A program made the position numbers and the translations under genes. From positions 20,477,849 through 20,541,848 of the forward strand of contig NC_068994.1 in NCBI RefSeq assembly GCF_001194135.2: 64,000 nt of DNA, read 5' to 3'. The notes under the pieces are model-generated. The model was not told where the DNA came from, searched no databases, and was given only the letters and a program-made list of their open reading frames with translations. Numbering within the stretch: the stretch's first letter is position 1; each line of letters opens with the position of its first letter. Below, one piece after another: positions 1 to 13,331 of the stretch. The stretch comes from Octopus bimaculoides. Taxonomy: Eukaryota.

Positions 1-1789
1 CTCTCCAAGACAAACCGCCCTGCTGCAGTTTTCAGAGTCCACATCCCTTCTGTGCGTCATGGATCAATAACATTTCACACACTTGGATTTGTTAGAACAT
101 ACATCCTAGAGCAGTCACTTTTCTTACAGTTGAAAAACCATGTTTTCTCATGATAATGCTAAGGACGATCAATTTGATGGTGAAGGATGAGGGAAGTTAA
201 TAGCAGAGGCCTCAGGTGATTAAGGCTATCTCCATGACACGGAGTGATAAGGTTATTTCGATCTAAATGACCAAGCTTGGCTGTGAGAGATGGGTTAATT
301 GAATCAAACTATGTATAGCCAAGTGTTGGGCTCAGTTATTCATAGTGAAAATAAATAAAGAGACTCTCCACGTGTAGAAATTCTTTTGAATAGTTAACAG
401 TATTGGAGTATTTGTAGTGGCAGAGAAATCATTAAAGTAATTGAGGTAATGAGAGTATGTTAACACAAAAAGCCTAGACTTGTCATAGTTAACAGTGACA
501 ATCATCTCTAGAGAGGCACCACAATCAGGACTGCAGGTGGCAAAAAGACTATTTGTAATTTTTTTTTTTCTACTTTAAATTTTTCTTGAGCCCTAGGATT
601 CCCATAGAATGTAAGTGATCAAGATCCCAATATTCCCTGAGTTGGAAAGGGGATGAAGCAACATTCCAATCACATTTGGAAATTGGGAAGGAGAGGAGGT
701 AACACATCAATCATATCGACCCCAGTACTTGTTTAGTACTTTATTCTATCTACCTCAAAGGAATGAAACGCAAACTTGACCTCAGCAAGATTTGAATTCA
801 GTATGTAAAGAGCCAGAAGAAATGCAGCTAAGTATTTTGTCCAACATGTTGGGTGGTGCCATGATGGATATTCCAATGCAAAGGGATTGAAGAGGGTCAT
901 GATTCTTCAAGTTGTGACACAGATGTTCTAATGATCTGCAATACCATATTTTCCAGCATATAAGTAGAATTTTTATGGTCAAAAGAGGTAAATTGACTTA
1001 TACACCAAGACTACTCTGGAGGACCAAACATTCCATGCGAAATGCAGCAGAATTTGGAAAGAGAGTGATGATGTTTGAATGTTTACATATCAATGTAGTA
1101 TATACACTTCATTGACTTGCATACAGAAAAATATAAAAGGTCAGCTATCTGATCACCTACTAAACAGAACATGTAAGTTAAATATATATATATCACAATC
1201 ACCGGGAAGCTGACATAAAACAGACAACTGGTTATGAATACTAAGACCTTCATCATTCAATATCAGCGACTTCAGGAGGAGAGATCAATTAGATTCAGAC
1301 AAGACAAACTGGAAAAAGAAGGGACAGTATCTAGAAAATCCTTCAGTCATATACAGATTCAAAAAAGTACAGGGGGATTGTCCATGAGGAGAAGGTGATA
1401 TTTTTTCACAAAGGACAAAATTTGAAATAAATAAAGAGCAACATGATGCAGTTGACAGAGCTATAAAAGTTTTTAAAAAACCCAAAAAGATTTGGAAAGA
1501 AAGAGATGAGTCATCATCATTTAATGTATGCTTTCCATGCTGGCATGGGTTGGCTGGTTTGACAGGAGCTGGCCAGGCCAGGAACTGTATGAAGCTCCAG
1601 TCTGTTTTGGCATGGTTTCAACAGCTGGATGCCTTTCCTAATGCTAACCACTTTACAGAGTGTATTGAGTGCTTTTTACATTACACCAGCACTAACAAAG
1701 TCACCAAAACGCAAGATAGAAGTGAAGCTAAACATCACTTACTGTTAGGAAAGCAAAAAAACTGAAAGTAAGTTTTACCCACAAAAAAT

Positions 1790-2310
1790 AAAGGCAATTA
1801 AGACAGGGAAAACAACCATCATGGATATTCACAGAGATACTGAAAATAACTAGCAAAGTAGGACATGTATAGTTGCTTACAGAGACTGTCAGCAAAGTGA
1901 GAGCAAGTCCGGCTTACAGGTAGGTGTCCATCAAGTATCAGTTCTCAGCCCCTCCTTATTTACTATAGTTCCTCAGGACATAACAGGGGTAAGACAATGT
2001 GCCCATAGGACATTCTGTCTACCAACAACTTTGTGTCTACAGCTGTATTGAAGAACTGGAGAAAAAATCCCAAATGTAGAGGCAAGTGTAGAACTGAAAT
2101 CTTAAAATAAATTTAGCCAAGTCAAAGGTTTTAATAAGCAAGAAGGAAGTTCTGCAACCAGCTGAATAGTGGTTATACTTAATATGCAGAAAAGAAGTAG
2201 GTAACAGTTCCTTATGGTGCATCCAATGTAAACTATGGACATACAAGAGGTGCAGTGAAGCCATGTGTGATGTTACATGGTAGTAAAATGTGAGCGGTGA
2301 ATATGTAGAT
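1790..2310 (+). mobile_element. Degenerate RTE-clade LINE fragment (RT region)
   Basis: GVHQ.SVLSPLLFTIV-like RT motif near 1920-1970; similar to the longer RTE copy at 18-21 kb; boundaries approximate. Confidence 0.7.
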
Positions 2311-4988
2311 GTGTGCACACACACACACACATTCCTTTCTTTTTTATCAACTACTGGATAAAGCCTTAGCATGCTATTGTTGGCTTATCCAAGCTCGTTG
2401 TAGGTCAAACTGATCAATTGCAAACTGGATGGGAGGCTCATGATCTGACGATCAGCCTTAACTATCAGTGTATAGGCAGAATTGGAATTCAGAACAGATG
2501 CTGCAAGACAATTTGTCCAGCAACCTCACTAATATTTATACACAGACATTCAACAATGAAAATGTTGTTATTAATGATACATATGATGTTAGCCAGCAGG
2601 AGCGAGTGCCTGTGTGTGTAAAAACTGACCTGAAACCTATGTTCTTACACATGTGGGGCACACATATATGGTGGTGATGGTGATTGCTGCTTTTCAGTAG
2701 CAGAGTTTTTTCCTATTCGTTTCATGTAGTGAGTATACTTGCATGGTTTTTATACTATTGGCTGGTGCTGAACCCTACAGTGCCTATCAATGAAATATTT
2801 TGTCAGCTCCTCCTTTTAGACCTGGATTATCTCACACCAAGTGCATGTTCAAGTTGACCATTGTATCTCTTCTTTCGTTCCAACTGTCACCAGACTCCCA
2901 TTTGCAGCTCATAATAATAATAAAATTGCCATAGGAAGGTACTTTTGTTCACAGTTGAATTTTCTCAGTGGTCACACTGTCTAGTCACTTCCGCCTTAAT
3001 ATGTGCCAGCTGTATTCTGTATATAGAGACCAGGTTTCACAGCAACAGAGACAAAAACATGCATCACTATTCCTTTGTTTACAACCAATTTAATACCAAC
3101 ATAAATTTCTTGATTTGTCAAAGAGGTGTTCTGTATAGAGAACTACAAGTTGATTTTGCACAGTATGTTTTTATTTCTTTCTCTTATGAGGTATTGTTTG
3201 AGGTGTAATTTCATAACATATGGATTGCAAGTCAGAGCCACTAATGAAGGTTAACAAGGCGACAGGCTGGACCCAAATATGATGTTGCATAACTACAGTT
3301 TTACTTGTATCAATCAATAGGTTATAACCATTGCTCTGTAAATTTTAGTTGCAAGTGCTTGTAGGATCTCTAAACAGGCAACACTATCATAATCATTAAA
3401 GTAAAATAACTTGCATGCTGTCATCATTTTTGAATTTGAACTAAATTTCTGTTACTTGATATTGAACAGTTTACTGAAGATGATGGCTTATCGAGTTCTC
3501 ATGAAAGTTTCCTTGAGATAAAGCAGAAAAAAAATGTTAGTGATAGGATACAACCCTGTTTCACTTCATTATTTGTTTGGAAATGATCACTGCCTCTCTG
3601 ATTCTGGAGGATAGAACTCCTGGCACCATGAGTTTTGGAGAAACACCCAATTGTCATAATCAAAGCCTGTAACACAACACAGATTATCTCATGTCAGACA
3701 AGGAAAATAGTGCACTGTATATCACGTGAAAATTTTCCAAAATGGAGCCCAAATAGCAATTCAGCTAAGACGTTATGAGTACCAGTGATGATTAACGTCC
3801 TGGAAAATCTAATTCTGGTGAGCATATAACCACTTGCAGATAAGAAGGCTATTTTGTGAAAGTTTCCCTTTGATTATGCAGCACATGAATATTGGCATCC
3901 TTGAATTCTGAGGTACAATTTCTTCTAACCATAATATAGTGACTAACACTGTTAAAATGCTAGCAAGTTCACAACCATAATTTTTGATCATTCAGTTGGG
4001 AAGTTGTCAGGGTTTGTTATTGATTGTTTCTGAGTTGATGAAGAACTCTTGGCATTGTTGTCATTTTTGTAATTGGTTTCTTTTCTGTCAGGTTAATAAC
4101 TGTCAGTATTGCTCTTTCCATTATATAATTCTTGGAAATACTCTTGCCTGCCGCTTCCCAATCTTTATGCTCCAGATTAGGTTGCTGTACTTTCTTCTCT
4201 AGCTCATGTCTCCATTCTCTCTTTTCAATATGCCTACAGATCATTCTTTTCCCTCCTTTTGTTTATACAAACAATCACCAAACACTGGTGCTGTGACATG
4301 CTACAAACAAAAAAACTGAACTGGTGTGAAGGCTTATTAACAGTACATGTCCTGTAATAAAAGCAGTGTTTAAGTGCAATTACTAACTTATGACCTGTTA
4401 TGGCATGTAAATGAAATTCATAAACTGTGTGCAGAGAATAGCTGTTAACTTGAACGCCATTAAACTGAAATGTATGAACTACTGACTTGGTCAACTGAAG
4501 TAGTTGCTAAGTTTCATCATCCAGATCACAGTGTTGAACTTGTACTATTAAAAACATGAGTAAAAATCCTAATGTTATATGATATTTTGTGTATGTGTGG
4601 ATGTAATTAGTCTTAACAGACAAGCATCGTTGTCATAGTGAAATGCACCTAATTGCTGATGAAACTGAATAACCAAATAACTATGGATACTGAACACAAT
4701 CTATTTGACTGGGAAGGGATTAACTCTGAACTGATACAAGACAGAAGAGGTTCTTTAAACTTGTTGCCAACAATTTTTCTTAGTACCAGAGGCACAAAGA
4801 CACCAGTGCACACTGGTAAGATATACACAAATACAAAGTTAGCCAGTTCCCTATACTGCCAGATAATGGGGGCCCACGATGAGTGATAAAAACTACATAC
4901 CCATGCCAACATGGTAGACAGACACAAATTGATTATGACAATGATCTGTGTTCTATAAAAAATATAGCCTGAAAATAGCAATACTCAC

Positions 4989-5011
4989 AAGACAGCTTCC
5001 TTTCCATGTAC
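4989..5011 (-). CDS. SNRPG: Small nuclear ribonucleoprotein G (SmG), coding exon 2 (23-nt microexon, (K)YMERKLS)
   Basis: Minus strand reads ttttctcatgtttcag|gtacatggaaaggaagctgtctt|gtgagt; phase 2 in, phase 1 out; continues MSKAHPPELK-K and matches the SmG FMDKKLS segment. Confidence 0.92.
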
Positions 5012-5664
5012 CTGAAACATGAGAAAAAAAAAAATTTATTAATGGTACACAATATAGGACATAAAATTTTCAGTACCTTGAAATCAGTTTGATCTGGAAA
5101 CCCGTATATAATTGACAAGTGTTTTGTGAACTTGTGCAATAATTGCGACACCAACAACATATACAAAGGATCATGATGTTACTCGTTTCATTTTCCAATG
5201 CAAGCAAAAGATTGGATTGATGGTGTATATTTTGGTTAGGTTATAAATTGAATAACCTAAATAGCACCCAATTTAGAAATTCTGTCCAGCATGCAACCAA
5301 TTAAATCTTAGAAGCTGCATTACTAATTCATCTCTCTGAACTAAATGTTTAACTGTTCAGACTCCATGGAATATCTGATTAGTATTCTTACCACGTAAAC
5401 TTGATATTTTCTCTAGAATTTTGCCTATTTTGTAAGATTACAATGGATGTTCCTAATCTTTTGAACATGTTGAATCCTTCAGATCACACCCATTACATCA
5501 CTTCTCTAAAGTACATAAATGAGATAAAATTCCATGAAAATGAAAAACATTAAAAAGTTTTACTAATCATATACGTAACTGAAATATAACTTTTATAAAA
5601 TGTTATGAAAGCAGGAGTCAAAATACTATCCTAAACTAGGAACTAGCTTTACTAGATTACTGAA

Positions 5665-5850
5665 TTAACCCTTTTGTTACTAAATTTCTCCTGAAATATT
5701 CTGCCTATGTTTCACTTAATTCTTAAAATAATGAAGAATTTATTAAAATAATTCTGTCATTATTAAGCTGGTGTTTGGGAAGTGAATTAACATGAAGTTT
5801 TGATGGAAGATTTTAATTTAAATCATTTTAAAAGTGGAAGTTTGTATCAA
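5665..5850. mobile_element. Decayed piggyBac-like MITE (same family as 24688-24906)
   Basis: Begins TTAA-CCCTTTTGTTAC; body is the reverse complement of the 24.7-24.9 kb copy; far end degraded. Confidence 0.55.
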
Positions 5851-5883
5851 AAGCATAATAATACAACCAACCAGGAAGCTGTT

Positions 5884-6290
5884 ATGTAGTCAGTCAACCA
5901 TAGGCTGTGACTACTGAGGATATGCAAAGACTTGAAAGAAATGAAGCCATATGCTTCACTGGATGGGTAATGTCAGTGTGCATATATGACAGTGTAAGTG
6001 ATTTGAGAGAAAAACTGGGTATACGTAGCATCAGATGTAGTGTGCAAGAGAGAAGACACATTACATGGTATGGCCATGTAATATGTATGAATAAGGGTAG
6101 TTTCATCAAGAGATATCCATCTCTAATTGTAAAGGGAACATGTGGAAGGAGTAGACCCAGGAAGATGTGGGACGAAGTGGTTAGAAAGAATCTACAAACA
6201 TTGGGACTCACAGAAAGGATGACATGGGACCAAGACTCCTGGCTGTTTGCTATACTTGAAAAGACATGTCAAGCTAAGTAAAAAGGTTGC
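5884..6290 (+). mobile_element. RTE LINE 3' coding fragment
   Basis: ORF 5907-6281 with EDMQRLERNE...LREKLGIRSIRC...WYGHV...GRSRPRKMWDEVVR, a typical RTE ORF C-terminus. Confidence 0.85.
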
Positions 6291-6699
6291 TCTTACATAC
6301 AATCCGATCCCTTGCAACCCTCTCTATCGCCAATCTTGCAGGCTCATAAGTGCTGGTGCTGCATAAAAGCACTCAGTACACTCTGTAAAGTAGTTGGCAT
6401 TAGGAAAGGTATCCAGCCATAGAAACTATGCCAAAACAAACATGGAGCCTGAAAACCGTGAGAAAAGTTCTGTTGAAGTGTTAATTTAAATTTGGCTACT
6501 TCATGCATGCAAGATTCCCTACATCACTCCGCTCCCCAGTGAGGTTCCAGGAAAGGAAACGAACGATTGAAGCTGAGATAGATATGTATGGTAAATGAGT
6601 CTGGTGCTGTTGTCGTGGTTAATTGCTGGGTTAGCAAGGACGACAGTGTAAGCATGCTGGAGTAATGCACGACTACAAATGCTTTTGGACTACAATTTT

Positions 6700-7620
6700 A
6701 ATATAAATTATGTACCAACTTCATCCTTTGCTTCCGCAGTTAGTCTTTCTCACTTAGTAACTGAATACCCAGCAATGATGACATAATTACTAGTACAAAT
6801 ATTGAAGTTGAGATCCACTAATGGATTCAACCAAATTTTTACCTGTTACTTTAACAAGAGGCTACATTTATTGGCCGGCACTTAAAGATATTGAGTCTCT
6901 TATGCAAGCACTTTGAAATGTAAAAAAAGGCCTCGAAATTATCTATTCAGATAAGCATTTTAGAAAGTTCCAAAAGTACCATGGTCTAGAGTACACATAG
7001 ATTTTGCAGGACCTCATAATGGGAACTACTTTTTAATCCTAGTCAACACATTATGTAAATGGCTGGAAGTCTTCATTGAGTCAAACAACAACATCTACAA
7101 TACAAAAGCTATATCAAGTTTTTTCAAACTTTGGGTTACCTGAAGCCTTAGTATCAGATGACAGTAAACAATTCACTTCTCTATAATTCATGTTTTGTAA
7201 TGAAAACAGTATCAATTATGTGAGAATGTCTTCATATCATCATCAATCCAATGGATTAGCAAAGAAATTCAAGGATACCATATAAGTGCTCATAACTCAA
7301 AATTGAAGGGAGTGATAAGTTAGAAGAAAATTTGCAACTGTTTTTATTAAGCTACAGAACAACACATCCTGCTGGGAGCAAGTCACCTGCAGAAATAATG
7401 ATTCAGAAAAAAATTTGCACTGTTTTTCCTATGATGAAACTGAGAAATGCAAAACATTCACCTAAAATAACTAATATACCAAAGTACAGAAGGGGAGATC
7501 TCAGATAGGTCATCCCAAGTGGCAAAATGGTCGAGCAATAAAGTAGAGAAACAACATCATACTGGAAGTAATAGGACCTTTCACCTTGGTGTGGCACGTT
7601 AACCAGTCAAGACCACTATT
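6700..7620 (+). mobile_element. Degenerate Ty3/Gypsy integrase region
   Basis: PWSRVHIDFAGPHNGNYFLILV...KWLEV at about 6980-7070, then VSDD.KQFTS and YHHQSNGLA motifs; many stops and frameshifts. Confidence 0.85.
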
Positions 7621-7664
7621 TATAAATCAAGATCAGAGGGATGACCAAAATTCAAGATATTCAT

Positions 7665-8234
7665 ACTTAATTAAAACCACTTCATCAAATTTAAGGTCCA
7701 GTCAAACCTGCTGAGCAAATACAGATAAACCCCTCAAAATAAAATTTATTCATCTTTTAATAAAAGGGCGGATGAGACAACCCCATTCGTCTCGACTCTT
7801 GACACAAACAGTTTATTAATTGTCTATTTTAATTCATCCAATCATGTGACATTTTTCTACTCTCACATCAATTATTTTACCTTACACCCATTCATCCAAT
7901 CATGTGACATGTTATTGACTATCAGGTCACATTTTCTATAAATTGACTCATTTTATGGATATACTCTTTTTCCACTTTGGGGTGCTTGTTTTTAGTACAG
8001 TCTTATTCACTTACATCATGGACAATTGGAATTATAGTTTACTATTTAACATTTCATTTTGGAATTATTGCAATATCTTTCATTAATAAAACCATTATCT
8101 GAGCACAGTGTTATTTGTTCCTTTGTTATGACAAAATAATAGTTCATGAATAAGTTTTATTTTGAGGGCTTACCTACATGTGCTCAACAGGTTCAACTGG
8201 ACCTTAAATTTGATGAAGTAGTTTTTAATTAAGT
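7665..8234. mobile_element. Foldback/MITE-like element with about 89-bp imperfect terminal inverted repeats
   Basis: 7665-7753 (acttaattaaaaccacttcatcaaatttaaggtccag...ttattcat) is the imperfect reverse complement of 8146-8234. Confidence 0.8.
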
Positions 8235-9579
8235 TGGAATCAGTGCATTTTTACTGACTCCAATTCAGTAAACCTATGAGGATGGGCTGAAAAGGTCATA
8301 GGCTGACTATGAAGAAGTGATGCTAAAGCTGTGAAATTTTGCATGCATTACTATCAACCCTTCTTATTAATAACTGCATTGTTTCTTTTCACATAAACTG
8401 ACATTTGACTGTTCTAAGAAGATTTCAGAAGAACTCGTACTGACTTCTGTAAAAATATAGGACAAAATTTGGCAGTGTGGTGTTATCAAGTACCTGCAGA
8501 AAAAGGTGAGGCAAGCTGCTAATGATGACAAGAACTTCGCTGTTAGTAGCCCAGTCCTTCCAGACATCTCAAACGCCATAGGTTGGAAGAGACAGTGCAC
8601 TGTCAGGTCGTGATATTTCAGGGTTTTCTGTTAGGCTACAGAAGCAGTTAACTCACATTTACTCATTTACTGCAGCATCCAGGATGTGGGAAGAAGCGAA
8701 AGAGTTGCAGACTGTGGAATTCCAAATGAGGCACCTACCTATAACCCCATGAAAGAGTATGTCATATACATCTGGTCTCTTTCCATCACATCTGTCCCCT
8801 ACAAATGCGAGTTTCCACTGAGTGCAATGGAGATACAGAGTTCATCTAGACTGAGGAGACCTCCAATGCTGGCCACAGACAGGGTATCAATCCAGTCTCC
8901 TGAGAATTTTGCACTAGCTGAAAGTAGGCAACACCTTGAAATTTGATTCGATAGATCAGGGAGAGAGTTGAATGTAACAGAAGTTGCGACGACTGTTTGA
9001 GATATCGGACAAATTGTTTGTTTCATATTTGCATGAATTTATATGGTGTAATTTCACGGATAATAAGAACACATTTGTTCACTTTCTGGCAACGATCGCC
9101 AGTGCTTATGCTGTGTATAAAGTAAACCAGAGCTCGGTTTGGAGCTGTTAACTCTAAGACCGCTACAACCAAGTTCCTCAATCATTGTCCTCACAGTTGC
9201 ATGCACCCTGCGAGGAGGGCCTCCCAAGCAAGCATCATTAAGGTACCAGATATTTAGGTCTAGGTCAGCTCCAAAATGAGAAGATCATTAAAAGAATTAC
9301 TTCAAAATGAAGCAACATTATTTTTCACAAACCTGTTGTGAATATACACTAAATGAAATTCTTCAGTTTTTCAATTCTTTTTACAAACTTTGTGCACTGC
9401 TTTGTAAACACTTTTCTTGACATTAATTGACCCAACAAATACTTTTGGGATGTAATTTTGCATACTCTAATGAAAGTTTTAAGAGTAACTGACACGGATT
9501 TTTTTTTTTTGTCCATCTCAAGAGTTGGGGTATCATTTCACTTGAATAGATTATTGGATAATAATAAAGGCAGAGTTAA

Positions 9580-11171
9580 AGATCATGGACCCCACCGCCT
9601 TTCGGATTTTTTTTTTTACAGGAAGACTATATCGATTCCGAATCTGCAAATAACCCAACATGTTGTGGTTGAGGGTCTTTTGGAATTAAGAGAGGTATGT
9701 AAAAATTAGATTCTTTGCACACACAACAAAATGACATTTTAAAAAATTTTCCTTTTTGGTAATTAGTATTTAGAAAGTTGATCCTTGGTTTGACTGTTGT
9801 TTCTAGCTTATCAGATTTCCGGTTGGGACGTACTTATAAATTGAAGATTTTGAAAAACCCCAAAACACGTTTTCATTCTTTACCCCTCTGGCAAAGGTAA
9901 AAGGGGGTGGGGGAAATTTCACTTTCTGTCATAGGGTGAAGGGAGGGGTATTTTTTTTTTTTTTTNNNNNNNNNNNNNNNNNNNNNNNNNNNNNNNNNNN
10001 NNNNNNNNNNNNNNNNNNNNNNNNNNNNNNNNNNNNNNNNNNNNNNNNNNNNNNNNNNNNNNNNNNNNNNNNNNNNNNNNNNNNNNNNNNNNNNNNNNNN
10101 NNNNNNNNNNNNNNNNNNNNNNNNNNNNNNNNNNNNNNNNNNNNNNNNNNNNNNNNNNNNNNNNNNNNNNNNNNNNNNNNNNNNNNNNNNNNNNNNNNNN
10201 NNNNNNNNNNNNNNNNNNNNNNNNNNNNNNNNNNNNNNNNNNNNNNNNNNNNNNNNNNNNNNNNNNNNNNNNNNNNNNNNNNNNNNNNNNNNNNNNNNNN
10301 NNNNNNNNNNNNNNNNNNNNNNNNNNNNNNNNNNNNNNNNNNNNNNNNNNNNNNNNNNNNNNNNNNNNNNNNNNNNNNNNNNNNNNNNNNNNNNNNNNNN
10401 NNNNNNNNNNNNNNNNNNNNNNNNNNNNNNNNNNNNNNNNNNNNNNNNNNNNNNNNNNNNNNNNNNNNNNNNNNNNNNNNNNNNNNNNNNNNNNNNNNNN
10501 NNNNNNNNNNNNNNNNNNNNNNNNNNNNNNNNNNNNNNNNNNNNNNNNNNNNNNNNNNNNNNNNNNNNNNNNNNNNNNNNNNNNNNNNNNNNNNNNNNNN
10601 NNNNNNNNNNNNNNNNNNNNNNNNNNNNNNNNNNNNNNNNNNNNNNNNNNNNNNNNNNNNNNNNNNNNNNNNNNNNNNNNNNNNNNNNNNNNNNNNNNNN
10701 NNNNNNNNNNNNNNNNNNNNNNNNNNNNNNNNNNNNNNNNNNNNNNNNNNNNNNNNNNNNNNNNNNNNNNNNNNNNNNNNNNNNNNNNNNNNNNNNNNNN
10801 NNNNNAGTTTTGAAATTTTTTTCTTCTTTGGTAATTAAGAATTAGAATTTTGAAAACGTGTTTCTAGTATACCAGGTTTTTTGTTTAGATACTTTTTGCG
10901 TCTGATATTTTATAATCCTATGCATGCGTGAAACAGAAAAAAATTAATTTCACTTCTTGTCATAGGACGATGGGAGGGGTGCTTATTTTCTTCAGAATCA
11001 TAATTTCCGTATTTTTCTACATTTTACGGCCCCAAAAATTTTTAAGAAATCGAGTGGGGAGGGATTCAAATTTTGAAATGCATTTTTTCTTTTTGCAGAT
11101 TCGGAATCTCCGCCCTCGATATAGTGCGTTCCTTTAAAAAAAAAAAACCCAAAAAGATGCGGTCTGTGATC
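9580..11171. mobile_element. Probable non-autonomous TIR DNA transposon spanning an assembly gap
   Basis: 9580-9650 (gatcatggacc...actatatcg.attccgaatctgcaaa) is an imperfect inverted match to 11092-11171; left end preceded by TTAA; 840 Ns inside. Confidence 0.5.
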
Positions 11172-11906
11172 AAAAATTCTCGTGCCTTTTGTCTAAAACG
11201 GAGTTCAACTCTAAATTTCTAGAGTGCGAGATCGTAATTCAAAAGGGTTACATGTCGTCTTTAGTCAGCATTTGGTATTTGATACTATATTACGTAGCTA
11301 ATGTGTAAACAGTGTTATATAAACGTGAAATAACACTCGACACTTTCAGCAATCATCTTGACTAATACCTGCTACAAAACTGTGGTAAGTGGAACAAGAG
11401 GTATGGAGGTGCATGATCGCCAACGCTTGTAGACACAGCACCTGAAGCATTTGTTTTGCATTGCCGCAGCTTACCAATAGTCATAATTTTCAAACAGAAT
11501 GAGGGATAAAATTGAACATTCACAACATAATACAAATGGACTACCAGGTACGTTATCACTGTTAAAAGCACGTGCACGTCCAACCTCTGCGGTAAGGATG
11601 GGCAATTTAAACCGGCTATCTTTCTATTTAAACCTCCGTTAAATTTGAAAGCAAAACATATACAATTTTTTGTTTTCTTTCAAAGGAAGTAAAAAAATCA
11701 AAGGCTGAATTCTGGTTTAAGAACCGTATATAACCTCTCATAATATTTAAAATGTTAAAAGTAGATATAATTGATTCATTGGTCTTCCTGCTGTTGACCG
11801 CCAAATAAATTAAACCAGCAAACTATATATATCAGAAACTAGAATAGGAGTAGATATATGAAAAGAATATACATTTTTAAAAAGTAAAATATTTCAAATT
11901 ACTCAC

Positions 11907-11938
11907 TTCTTCAATTCTGGTGGATGTGCTTTACTCAT
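11907..11938 (-). CDS. SNRPG: Small nuclear ribonucleoprotein G (SmG), coding exon 1 (MSKAHPPELK-K)
   Basis: Minus strand reads gcaaccATGAGTAAAGCACATCCACCAGAATTGAAGAA|gtgagt; MSKAHPPELKK is the conserved SmG N-terminus; later exons were not found and presumably lie left of the window. Confidence 0.95.
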
Positions 11939-12009
11939 GGTTGCTTTTTAAGTGATTAATGTAAACTCTCCCGTTTGTTCCAGAACAAAATGTTTATTTG
12001 CATGGTCCT

Positions 12010-12093
12010 CTTCCGGAAGACACCGCGAAAAAGCCCAACTTCCGGAAATAAATCTATCAGCTGATTTTATTGGTTAATTCTAGTGGCGGGAAA
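12010..12093 (-). promoter_or_regulatory. SNRPG proximal promoter (ETS, E2F-like and CCAAT motifs)
   Basis: CTTCCGGAAG 12010-12019, ACTTCCGGAAAT 12038-12049, CCGCGAAAAA 12023-12032, ATTGG 12069-12073, TGGCGGGAAA 12084-12093; CpG-enriched, 70-155 nt upstream of the ATG. Confidence 0.7.
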
Positions 12094-13151
12094 TTAATTT
12101 AAATGTATTAACATCCGAGATGTTACATTTACCTATTAAATTTCTCTAGTTGCAAGGTACTATATAGTTGTATATACTGTAACGCTATCGATTTATTACT
12201 TCGACACAAATCATTAAGTTTTTTTGTATATTAAAAAAAAATGACTATGCCAATAAAAATTCGTAAGCTAACTATACTCACTGTATGTATGAATTTTACC
12301 AAAATAATGGAAAGATTCAGACGGAGAGTCACAATATTTGTTACTTTATTTTCTTTTGCTCAGATCGTTTCCATAAAATAATTACAAATCAACAGCTGGA
12401 ATCGATTATACATTCTATTATAAATTTGTAGCTTCAATCAAATATAAGTTATATAGATATTAATTTTTATATATTAAATAGGAAAAAGTGAACATTTTAT
12501 TTTGGTAGATTTAACTAAAAATGTTGCACAAACGAAAAAAAATATATGTACTTAGAAACGGTTCAGAGAAATATTTAAGAACGTTGTATGGCCTAAATCT
12601 ATCCTGATCGATCAGACCTTTGGTGAAAGGTGATCCTAGACTTTTTATATTTATCATTTTGTTTTGGTCATGATTTAGCGGACCCATGATCAAAGACATT
12701 CTGGTTATGACCATCTTATCTTTTATTCTGACCATAGTGTACCGTTGATAACATTATCCCATGTAGCCTTCTCTTTCTTTTAATAAGGAGTGAACATCAC
12801 ATCGATCTCACCAGACAGAAAGAATGGGCACAAGAGGCGAACTGAGCACCAATTATAATCTTGTCTTATCTACTCTCAGATGAAAAGCATAAACACTCTT
12901 TATTTCAAATGAACTTAACTCTAATTTTTTAAGATAGTAGAGTGTGGGATGAGGGGGGAGTTGGCTGCTATTTCTAGCAGATCAAACACCTATAGATTCA
13001 TCAGAGGTTCACTCGTTGGCTATTTTTTCAATCGATTCCAAGTAGTAGTTACAACGACAAAAAAATTAAGCTATCGGTTTAATTATAAAAATTATATTAA
13101 ATTTTAAAAATCTGACATGAGTTTATTTAATTAAAATTGTATGTATCTGAA

Positions 13152-13331
13152 ATTGGCGCCTTCGACGACTATTAGATCGAGAATTCCAAAAGTCACTCCT
13201 GAAGTGAGACCACGAAGTCAGGTAATGACGTCACGCATATTGTGTAGTAAGATTCTCTGCTGTAAAACTAGGGTATACACATGTAATGGTGACGTTGACA
13301 CAAATACTACACAAGAGCACAGCGCCATTTT
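13152..13331 (+). promoter_or_regulatory. Probable NFYA promoter
   Basis: CpG-rich patch with ATTGG 13152-13156, perfect CRE TGACGTCA 13226-13233 and YY1-like GCGCCATTTT 13322-13331, followed by a splice donor at 13387. Confidence 0.6.

Noticed and set aside
2468-2677. Plus-strand 69-aa ORF with protein-like composition
   Set aside because: No recognisable domain or convincing splice boundaries; flanked by repeat fragments.
3474-3520. CTGAAGAT...TGAAA pattern similar to the intronic hammerheads
   Set aside because: No proper stem II, III or I pairing.
9936-10838. Long ORFs containing X runs (also 27248-27889, 28212-28906, 46814-47354) and YI/CV-repeat ORFs at 41.7-43.3 kb
   Set aside because: Artefacts of N gaps and (TA)n/(TG)n microsatellites; only the short TE-derived parts are real.
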